This document shows positions 24,471 to 31,909 of a stretch of DNA of 64,000 nt, one piece after another. Position 1 is the stretch's first letter, and each line of letters begins with the position of its first letter. This DNA comes from Pseudomonadota bacterium. Its GTDB lineage: Bacteria; Pseudomonadota; Gammaproteobacteria; Steroidobacterales; Woeseiaceae. The notes under the pieces were generated by a model. That model worked only from the letters and a program-made list of their open reading frames with translations, was not told where the DNA came from and did no database searches. The translations under genes and the position numbers were made by a program. The DNA is taken from NCBI GenBank assembly GCA_039030375.1, contig JBCCEH010000007.1:42607-106606 (forward strand), given 5' to 3'.

Positions 24471-24650
24471 CACTAAAGCTAATCGCGCACCGGCCGTGAT
24501 ACGAAATGATTTCTAACTTCATGCACGCACCTTCTGCATGGAACACTAAAGATAAATACGCGCCTACCGTGATACGAAATGATTTCTAACTTCATGCACG
24601 CACCTTTTGCATGGAACACTAAAGATAAATACGAGCCTACCGTGATGCGC
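24471..24650. repeat. 73-bp tandem repeat, 2.5 copies (24471, 24544, 24617)
   Basis: Each unit starts CACTAAAG(A/C)T(A)AAT on the plus strand, and the last 50 bp of units 1 and 2 are nearly identical. A 25-bp direct repeat ATAAATACG(C/A)GCCTACCGTGATGCG occurs at 24387-24411 and 24625-24649. Confidence 0.85.
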
Positions 24651-24673
24651 TCTAGAGAGTACGCCTGCGTATT

Positions 24674-24748
24674 TGGCTGGCACGGCTGGACTCGAACCCG
24701 CATCTTTCCGCTTAACAGGCGGACGCTCTACCATTGAGCTACATGCCA
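24674..24748 (-). tRNA. tRNA-Asn (anticodon GUU), CCA encoded
   Basis: Discriminator G, anticodon arm TCCGC-CTGTTAA-GCGGA, D arm GCTC-AATGGTA-GAGC. T stem has one G.A mismatch. Confidence 0.85.
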
Positions 24749-24853
24749 GGAATACTCTCGGATACGCCAAGATGTCGGCGCAATAACCGGATTGCCACTC
24801 AAGCGAATTCCGCGATTACCAGGAATTGCGCGAAAGACTCTTATAGGCGGAGT

Positions 24854-24932
24854 TGGTGGATCGGGATGGAGTCGAACCATCACCGCGTCAGTCTTCAGCC
24901 GACCGCTCTACCCATTAGAGTAGGACCGATCC
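24854..24932 (-). tRNA. tRNA-Phe (anticodon GAA), 79 nt, irregular D/anticodon junction, CCA encoded
   Basis: RNA: GGATCGG-TC-CTAC-TCTAATGG-GTAG-AGCG-GTCGG-CTGAAGA-CTGAC-GCGGT-GATGG-TTCGACT-CCATC-CCGATCC-A-CCA. Confidence 0.7.
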
Positions 24933-25054
24933 TAGGGGTGACGCTGCCGGCTGCACTGTCGGAAATCCGGCTTATCCATCCAAGGGGCCCGATCACGTCG
25001 CCGTAGAAACGCCTCGGGCCAAGAGTCATTCCATTGCCGGCACGCCAGAAAAAC

Positions 25055-25140
25055 TGGTGGAGAAGGAAGGATTCGAACCTCCAAAGCTATTAAAGCGCCT
25101 GGTTTACAGCCAGGGTATCTCGCCACGTGAATGCTTCTCC
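25055..25140 (-). tRNA. tRNA-Tyr (anticodon GUA), class II (15-nt variable arm), CCA encoded
   Basis: Acceptor GGAGAAG/CTTCTCC 7/7, anticodon arm CCTGG-CTGTAAA-CCAGG, variable arm with GCT-TTAAT-AGC, T loop TTCGAAT. D arm is poorly paired. Confidence 0.75.
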
Positions 25141-25215
25141 GGTGCTGAAGATAGGCGTCGAACCTATAACCTGCCGCTTACAAGGCGGCTGCTCTGCCAA
25201 TTGAGCTACATCAGC
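25141..25215 (-). tRNA. tRNA-Thr (anticodon UGU); its 3' ..A-CC abuts G1 of tRNA-Tyr with no spacer
   Basis: Anticodon arm GCCGC-CTTGTAA-GCGGC, D arm GCTC-AATTGGCA-GAGC, T arm ATAGG-TTCGACG-CCTAT. One U.U in the acceptor. Confidence 0.8.
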
Positions 25216-25335
25216 GAATACCGTTGGGGCAGGCGTATACGCACAGCCGGGTCTGAGTGCTGCGGCCGTTCCGAGGAATGACCCTGCCCCAACGTCTACT
25301 ACACAATCCATATTGTTAAAGAGCGTTCCGGGGCA

Positions 25336-25369
25336 TAAAAAAACCCCGGTTAGTTAGAACCAACCGGGG
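25336..25369 (-). terminator. strong intrinsic terminator upstream of the tRNA array (ends the XRE/small-ORF transcript)
   Basis: Minus strand: CCCCGGTT-ggttctaact-AACCGGGG-TTTTTTTA. Confidence 0.8.
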
Positions 25370-25434
25370 TTTACTCTTTGAGTGTCCCTGGAAGGTTCGA
25401 TTTGCGAGCCTTCCAGGAAAAATTCTGGAAAGGC

Positions 25435-25632
25435 TTACGTCATCAAATCCCCACGATTTGTGGCGAGTGATTCAAAACGGTTAATGACCGCGTGTGCGGA
25501 TATCGGGCACAGGCGGACGCCACCGTCTCTCGATGGCATGGCATAGCTATGCCGGTGCTCGCGAGCGGCGTTGGTTAAACCGAATTGATGGCTGTTTGTT
25601 TTCATAGGGGGCAGGAGTATACGCATCGACAT
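25435..25632 (-). CDS. hypothetical small protein (doubtful)
   Basis: 65-aa ORF downstream of the XRE gene. No SD, no motif. Confidence 0.2.
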   Translation of the reverse strand: MSMRILLPPMKTNSHQFGLTNAAREHRHSYAMPSRDGGVRLCPISAHAVINRFESLATNRGDLMT

Positions 25633-25678
25633 CTATCTGTCAACACCGAAAGTGAACAAATGTTCCGTTAAAGTGAAC

Positions 25679-26089
25679 TTACTTCACAGAATACGGTTTG
25701 CGGGTTTGTTTCGGTTGATTCTCACGAACGCTGCGGAGCCAATTTTGGATCGTCGATTCTTGCCGCGCGGTGAGGTCCAACGCCCCCACCATGAGTTCAA
25801 TGGTGTCGATGACGCGACCACGAATCGCTTTGCCCACTTCGTTACCCGGCACTGCCGCACCCTCACCGAACAGGATCCAACTCGGCGACACATTGGTGAT
25901 TTCTGCGATCGCCTGTATAAGTTTCAGGTTGGGATTCTTGGCATCGATTGACTCGAGGCGATACAGCCCGGTCTTAGACAGATCGATTCCTCTTTCCCGT
26001 AGTGCGTGACGCAACTCCACGGGAGACAACTGCGCCTGCTCTCGGGCGCGCTTGATGCGATCTGCAACGGTGGTTTTAGGTTTCTTCAT
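25679..26089 (-). CDS. XRE (Cro/CI-type) helix-turn-helix transcriptional regulator
   Basis: 136 aa. N-terminal HTH ..VADRIKRAREQAQLSPVELRHALRERGIDLSKTGLYRLES.. Confidence 0.8.
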   Translation of the reverse strand: MKKPKTTVADRIKRAREQAQLSPVELRHALRERGIDLSKTGLYRLESIDAKNPNLKLIQAIAEITNVSPSWILFGEGAAVPGNEVGKAIRGRVIDTIELMVGALDLTARQESTIQNWLRSVRENQPKQTRKPYSVK

Positions 26090-26259
26090 GACTGTTTGCG
26101 CAGCGAGCTTTGGTCAAAATTCCGTCATTCGAGTCGAGTGAAAGACTCTGAGCGACGTTTTCCCGATCGTCACCACCGTATCACCTACACAACGAGAACG
26201 ACAGGTGTAAGATGATTGAAGATTGAGCCTTTCGAGCCGCAATAACGCGGGGCCGCGCA

Positions 26260-26514
26260 ATGTCGGATAAGACTGTAGTTAGCTGTGACCAGTACGATTA
26301 CTTCGAGATCGCGTGTATGGATCACTATCATTTAGAAGTAGAAACGGACCAAGGATCGATCGTTGGACAGGCGAAGACGTTGCGCGCCAGCGACGGCGAA
26401 GAGTATCTGATCCTGGAGACGGAATCGGCCGAAGAGCAGGTGCGATTGACCGAGATTGTTGCGATTACCGTGCTGTCAGAGACACGTCGTTTCGATCGTA
26501 AACAATTCAAGTAG
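26260..26514 (+). CDS. rof: Rho-binding antiterminator Rof (YaeO family)
   Basis: 84 aa. Matches E. coli Rof as I remember it: ..SCDQYDYFEIAC..QAKTLRASDGEEYLILE..VRLTEIVAI.. Confidence 0.8.
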   Translation: MSDKTVVSCDQYDYFEIACMDHYHLEVETDQGSIVGQAKTLRASDGEEYLILETESAEEQVRLTEIVAITVLSETRRFDRKQFK

Positions 26515-26576
26515 AAACCCCTCGCCGTGAATCCCGCTTGCAACTAGCGTAGGCTGTTGCTGCGAGAGGGGGGACT

Positions 26577-28283
26577 ATGGTCGCGAATAACCTGGCAATT
26601 ACACTCGGCAGCTGCGCGGTATTTATGGCGTTGGTCGCCTGGATTTCATATCTCAAAACACGCGGCGAAGTTGATACCAAGGACGGCTACTTCCTCGCGG
26701 GTCGTGGCCTCACCGGCGTGTTCATCGCCGGCTCGATGCTGCTGACCAACCTGTCCGCTGAGCAGCTGATCGGCCTCAACGGTTCTGCGTATGGCTTCAA
26801 CCTCTCCAGCATGGCGTGGGAAGTCACCGCGGCGTTCGCCACCATTTGCATGGCGCTCATTTTCTTACCGAAGTATCTGGCGGGCGCCTTTACGACGCTG
26901 CCGGAGTTTTTGAACAACCGTTTCGACGATAGCGTTCGACGCATGTCGGTGGTGCTGTTCATGGTGGGTTATGGGCTGGTCACAATACCTTCCGTGCTCT
27001 ATTCCGGATCTATCGCGGTCCTACTGCTTTTCGACGTCCCAACCTTACTCAATGTGAGCTACAGCACCGGCCTGGTGATTACGATCGTGGCGATCGGCTG
27101 CGTCGGAGCCATCTATGCCATTTTTGGTGGGCTTAAAGCAGTTGCGGTATCCGACACGCTCAATGGTGTCGGCTTGCTAATCGTGGGGATACTGGTGCCC
27201 ATACTAGGTCTTGCGGCGCTCGGTGGTGGTAGCGTTTCCGCCGGCCTGGAGACTATCACCACGACGAATACCGACAAGCTCAATGCGATTGGCGGAGCGG
27301 AAGACCCGACGCCGTTCGGTACGCTGTTCACCGGCATGATCTTTGCGAACTTGTTCTACTGGTGCACCAATCAATACGTTATTCAACGGACCTTAGGTGC
27401 CAAGAATCTCGCTGAAGGGCAAAAAGGCGTTCTTTTTTCGGGATTCTTCAAGGTGATGGTGCCGTTCATGATGATGATTCCCGGCGTCATCGCATTTCAT
27501 CTCTACGGAGATGGTTTGGGATCGATTGATCAAGCCTATCCGAAACTCATCAGCGATTACCTGCCCGCGTATCTAGGCGGGTTTTTCCTCGCCGTTTTGT
27601 TAGGGGCGGTGTTTAGCTCATTCAATTCGTTACTGAACAGCGCCGCAACTCTGTTCTGTCTCGATGTCTACGCGCCGATGAAGAAGGAAGAAGTTTCGAA
27701 CCGGCAAATCGTCAAAGTCGCCAAAATTGCCAGCGTCGTCATCGCGCTCTTCTCGTTTATTGTCGCGCCGCTGCTGCAATACGCGCCGGAAGGACTGTGG
27801 CAAATCATTCGAATATTTACCGGCTTCTACAACATTCCGGTAGTTGTCATTGTTCTGGTTGGCCTGTTTACCCGGCGCGTTCCGGCACTCGGCGCAAAAA
27901 TTGTCATCATTTTTCATGTCATTGCCTATGGTTTGGCCAAATTCGTGTTTGATGATGTGATTACCATGCACTTCCTCCACCTGTATGCGGTGCTGTTCGT
28001 GATTGAGGTCGCGATCATGTTGGCTACCGGCGTGCTGCGACCCCGTCTGGAAGCTTGGCAATACGAACAAAAGAACCTGGTCGATCTGACCCCGTGGCGA
28101 TTTGCGGTGCCGACCGCGATCACGCTGTTTGCCTGCGTCGTGTTCTTGTACTTGCTGTTCTCTCCGGTCGGGCTGGTCGACGGGCTGAGTCCGCTGTTTT
28201 GGCCGCTCACCGCCGGGCTGATTGGCCTAAATGTGGTCGTTTGGTGGTTTTTCGGGCGCCAGCGTCGTGCAGACCTCTCGTAA
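26577..28283 (+). CDS. sodium:solute symporter (SSF/SGLT family)
   Basis: 568 aa, about 14 TM segments, SSF-type N-terminal region (..DGYFLAGRGLTGVFIAGSMLLTNLSAEQLIGLNG..). Confidence 0.9.
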   Translation: MVANNLAITLGSCAVFMALVAWISYLKTRGEVDTKDGYFLAGRGLTGVFIAGSMLLTNLSAEQLIGLNGSAYGFNLSSMAWEVTAAFATICMALIFLPKYLAGAFTTLPEFLNNRFDDSVRRMSVVLFMVGYGLVTIPSVLYSGSIAVLLLFDVPTLLNVSYSTGLVITIVAIGCVGAIYAIFGGLKAVAVSDTLNGVGLLIVGILVPILGLAALGGGSVSAGLETITTTNTDKLNAIGGAEDPTPFGTLFTGMIFANLFYWCTNQYVIQRTLGAKNLAEGQKGVLFSGFFKVMVPFMMMIPGVIAFHLYGDGLGSIDQAYPKLISDYLPAYLGGFFLAVLLGAVFSSFNSLLNSAATLFCLDVYAPMKKEEVSNRQIVKVAKIASVVIALFSFIVAPLLQYAPEGLWQIIRIFTGFYNIPVVVIVLVGLFTRRVPALGAKIVIIFHVIAYGLAKFVFDDVITMHFLHLYAVLFVIEVAIMLATGVLRPRLEAWQYEQKNLVDLTPWRFAVPTAITLFACVVFLYLLFSPVGLVDGLSPLFWPLTAGLIGLNVVVWWFFGRQRRADLS

Positions 28284-28447
28284 CTTATTGATTTATAACG
28301 CTCAATCTCAGCATAAAAATACAAACGTTTGCATTTTTGTGCTGTGAGGAGTAGAAATATTGGTATCGAGCTCGGGGGGGCTTGGGCGGTTGCCGTTTCC
28401 GGACCCGCAGACCTGTCGAGACATTTGACGTCAAATAGGAGCTAACG

Positions 28448-30763
28448 ATGCGTTATTTCAGGGGGGGAACGCTCGCGATAGTCATCGCCAGCCTCTGCCA
28501 ATTCAGCATTTTAGGGACTGCTCATGCGCAGTCCGCCATCGAAGAAATTACCGTTACCGCACAGAAACGCGAAGAAAACATCACCGATGTTCCGATCGCC
28601 GTTTCTGTCATTGGCGAGCAAACCATCAATGGTGCGTTTGCTTCCAATCTTGAAGAGCTGCAGGCCTTAGTACCTTCAGTCAGCCTGCGCACCGGTAACA
28701 CCACCCGTAACAGTGCTTTAACGATTCGCGGCATCGGCACAATTTCGTTCTCTGTTGCCGCTGAGCCGAGCGTATCGACTGTGGTCGATGGCGTGGTTCT
28801 GGGTCGTTCAGGCCAAGCCTTTGGCGATCTCTATGATCTAGAGCGCGTTGAGGTCTTGCGCGGACCGCAGGGCACACTCTTCGGCAAAAACGCCTCAGCC
28901 GGCGTGGTCAATATCACGACGAAACGACCCAGTGAGGAGCTCGAGGGCTACATTAGCGGTACCTTCTATGAGGACAACGAGTACCAGCTGCGCGCTCGTC
29001 TTTCGGCTCCACTCACGGACGACCTGCGTGGCTCTGTCACAATTCTCGATAGCGAATTTGACGGCTACATTCGCAACGTCTTCAACAATGAGACGATCAA
29101 TGGCTACGACAAGCGCGGCATCCGCGCGATGCTCGAATACGATGCCACAGAGTCGACCGAGATATTGTTCATCTACGAGGACTATGACGCCGATAACGAT
29201 TGCTGTGTTGATCTCGAAGCTCGCGCCAGCGGCCGAAACCCGGCATCGGAAGCCGTACCTAGCGGTAACGGCCTCGACCTAGATCAGCGACTCGCGGATC
29301 ATGATTTCGAAACCCGTACGCTGGATGCCACGACAGCCATGTCGATTCAGATTACCGCGGATGTGGGCGACTACACGCTGACGTCCATTACGGCGCAACG
29401 TACCTGGGACAACACCGAGTTTCGTGAAGGTGATTTCACCTCTATCGCAGGTGACTCCACCGATCCCGTTTTCGGCGTACCCTTCCAATTGCATGATGTT
29501 GGTCCCCAGGAATGGCGCCAGCTGTCACAAGAATTGCGAATCGCGTCTCCGCAAGGAGAGAACTTTGAGTGGCAGGCCGGTTTGTTTTTCTGGAATATCG
29601 AATCGCAACGTAATTTCACGCGTGAAGCGAGTTGCCAAAACAACAACGGTCAGCTCGATGCGGCGATCGCTAACCACTTAGGCACTACGCTCGGTCTACC
29701 GAACACCCCCACCGACGTCGCCAACTTTATTGCCGCGAACAACATCACTTGTAATGCGAATGACATTGTTTCCGCCACCGGCTTTATGGATACGGAGTTT
29801 GACAACTTCGCGGTCTTCGGCCAAGGCAGCTACGCATTCTCAGATACATTGCGCTTGCTCGCTGGCTTGCGCTACACCAGTGATGATGTGTCGTATAACC
29901 ACAACCGCCGTAACAACGACATTTACGGTCGTCGCGGCGTCGGCGTTCGCCCGCGCTTTTCGGATGGCAACAACCAGACCGATACCAACCTTTCTGGCAG
30001 CACCGATGACACTAACGTTTCTGGCAAGATCGGATTGCAATGGGATGTCACCGACTCCGTGATGGTGTACGGCACCTACAGCACCGGCTACAAAGGACCG
30101 GCGTTCAACGTGTTCTACAACATGGATGACGACGATGTGAATCCGATTGAGGCGGAAGAATCGGACACCATCGAATTGGGTGTGAAGTGGGTTAACGACT
30201 GGGGCTTGGTCAGTCTCGCCGTTTACGATATGGAAATTGAGAACTTCCAAGCTAACGACTTCGATGCGTCCGATGGCACAACGATTACCGGCTTCACCAA
30301 TGGCGGTGATGTTGAGACGTCGGGATTCGAGATCGACTTTATCCTACAACCGACCGACCAACTCACATTGAGCGGCGGTGCTGCGTTTTCTGATTCCGAA
30401 TCGACGGTCGGTGATCCATTACCGTTCGCACCGGATACCAAGTACTCGGTTGCTGCGGCGTATGAGTGGCCATTGGCGAGTGGCGCACATCTGCGACTCA
30501 ATGGTAGTTACGTGTATACCGACGAGAAGCTGTCTGGAAACATCGGTCAGACAGCGGACGACCCGTTCTTGCTACCGGACTACAGCATCCTGAATGCAGC
30601 GTTCGGTTACCACTCGGTGGACGATACGTTCAGCATTACGCTGGTCGGTAAGAACTTGACCGACGAGTCTTTTGCAACGACCTATTCGGGTGACGGTTTC
30701 CGTTATCAGATTCCGCGCGATGCGGACCAATTCTGGGGCGTTAACTTCCGTCTCAACTATTGA
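28448..30763 (+). CDS. TonB-dependent receptor
   Basis: 771 aa. Signal peptide, plug region (..EEITVTAQKREENITDVPIAVSV..), C-terminal ..NFRLNY*. Confidence 0.9.
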   Translation: MRYFRGGTLAIVIASLCQFSILGTAHAQSAIEEITVTAQKREENITDVPIAVSVIGEQTINGAFASNLEELQALVPSVSLRTGNTTRNSALTIRGIGTISFSVAAEPSVSTVVDGVVLGRSGQAFGDLYDLERVEVLRGPQGTLFGKNASAGVVNITTKRPSEELEGYISGTFYEDNEYQLRARLSAPLTDDLRGSVTILDSEFDGYIRNVFNNETINGYDKRGIRAMLEYDATESTEILFIYEDYDADNDCCVDLEARASGRNPASEAVPSGNGLDLDQRLADHDFETRTLDATTAMSIQITADVGDYTLTSITAQRTWDNTEFREGDFTSIAGDSTDPVFGVPFQLHDVGPQEWRQLSQELRIASPQGENFEWQAGLFFWNIESQRNFTREASCQNNNGQLDAAIANHLGTTLGLPNTPTDVANFIAANNITCNANDIVSATGFMDTEFDNFAVFGQGSYAFSDTLRLLAGLRYTSDDVSYNHNRRNNDIYGRRGVGVRPRFSDGNNQTDTNLSGSTDDTNVSGKIGLQWDVTDSVMVYGTYSTGYKGPAFNVFYNMDDDDVNPIEAEESDTIELGVKWVNDWGLVSLAVYDMEIENFQANDFDASDGTTITGFTNGGDVETSGFEIDFILQPTDQLTLSGGAAFSDSESTVGDPLPFAPDTKYSVAAAYEWPLASGAHLRLNGSYVYTDEKLSGNIGQTADDPFLLPDYSILNAAFGYHSVDDTFSITLVGKNLTDESFATTYSGDGFRYQIPRDADQFWGVNFRLNY

Positions 30764-31790
30764 TGTCATGAACACGGGCGGTCTTCGGGCCGCCCGTGCT
30801 TTCTCTAACCACCAACCGTGGCGCGGGCAACTGGGACTCACCGGGCGCCTGACCATGACCGAGACTACATAAGTACCTTACGCTCTGCTGACCGAGCTCG
30901 TACATGGGCCAACCGACGGTCGTGAGCGGTGGATCAACACAACCTGCCAATAAGATGTCATCGTGACCGGCTATCGACAAATCATCAGGAATACTGACGC
31001 CATGCTCGCGCAACGCGTGCATCATGGCGATCGCATTAACATCGTTCCAGGCAAATATCGCCGTAGGACGGCGCTCCATCGCGACCAGCTGCTCTGCCAA
31101 CGCCTGACTCGATTCGATGGTACCGTCAAACGAGAAGATCAATTCCGGATCGTAATCGAGCCCAGCCTTCTCCAGCTCGGAGCGATAGGCATACATTTTT
31201 GGTTCAAGTGCCGGTCCAGCGGGTCCGCGCACGAATCCTATGCGACGATGTCCAAGCTCGATCAAGTGCTTCATGATCATGACGCTGCCGCCCACCATGT
31301 CACAGCTGACCTGGTGGGGCATGTCATCACGATTGACATGAACAATGGGCACCGCGCCGCCGATACTTTCGTAAAACTCTTGTGTGCAGCGGGCGCTGGG
31401 AACAATGATGCCGTCAACCTTGAGCTCGAGATACAAGTGAACCGCATCGCGCTCGGTAGCCTCGACCGCATCGGTGTCGGTGATCAAGATTCTAAGGTCA
31501 TGCTTGGCCGCCTCTTCTTCGATACCCTTACCCAGATCGCGAAAGAACGGGTTGGTCATATCCGGTATGACCACACCGACCAAACCGCTCGACTGGCTGA
31601 CCAAAGTACGAGCAGCAATATTCGGTACGTAACCCAGATCCGCCGCCAACGAAGCAATGCGCTCCCGCGTCGCCGCTTTGACGCGCGGGCTGCCTTGCAG
31701 AGCGCGGGTTACAGTCGACGGGTCAACGTTTGCAGCCCGCGCAATGTCTTTAATCGTGACGCGTCGAGTTTGCCAGCGAGAACCTTTCAT
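30753..31790 (-). CDS. LacI-family transcriptional regulator
   Basis: 345 aa. N-terminal HTH VTIKDIARAANVDPSTVTRAL plus a periplasmic-binding-fold domain. Confidence 0.9.
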   Translation of the reverse strand: MKGSRWQTRRVTIKDIARAANVDPSTVTRALQGSPRVKAATRERIASLAADLGYVPNIAARTLVSQSSGLVGVVIPDMTNPFFRDLGKGIEEEAAKHDLRILITDTDAVEATERDAVHLYLELKVDGIIVPSARCTQEFYESIGGAVPIVHVNRDDMPHQVSCDMVGGSVMIMKHLIELGHRRIGFVRGPAGPALEPKMYAYRSELEKAGLDYDPELIFSFDGTIESSQALAEQLVAMERRPTAIFAWNDVNAIAMMHALREHGVSIPDDLSIAGHDDILLAGCVDPPLTTVGWPMYELGQQSVRYLCSLGHGQAPGESQLPAPRLVVRESTGGPKTARVHDINS

Positions 31791-31909
31791 AGGGCCTTGA
31801 TACGTGTTGGCTCGATGCGGACAGCTTACCCGAATCGTTCGATGTACAGAAATTTAGCGGCAGCGACTTAGCGCTCCGCGGAGTACAATTATTAGAAGAA
31901 CCCAGAATT

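Noticed and set aside
24387-24650. CRISPR array
   Set aside because: The repeats are contiguous 73-bp units without unique spacers, and no cas genes are present.
18681-25311. About 40 ORF-track entries of 60-100 aa across the array (for example 18681-18959, 18884-19141, 21486-21734, 21731-21925, 22245-22505, 23245-23466, 24479-24703, 24564-24770, 25057-25281).
   Set aside because: They run through tRNA genes, family-A RNAs or the 73-bp repeats, on both strands. They have no SD and have Arg/Pro/Gly-rich translations typical of GC-rich non-coding DNA. Only 22698-22922 was kept.
25387-25417. GGTTCGATT inside a 9-bp hairpin, considered as a possible plus-strand tRNA T arm.
   Set aside because: There is no acceptor, D or anticodon arm around it. 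The T-loop-like string is simply the loop of a hairpin downstream of the small ORF.
16600-26260. Calling the island a prophage or integrative element
   Set aside because: No integrase, recombinase, structural phage gene or clear att direct repeat is found at the edges. Only the XRE regulator, the compact tRNA array and the HNH gene hint at a mobile origin.
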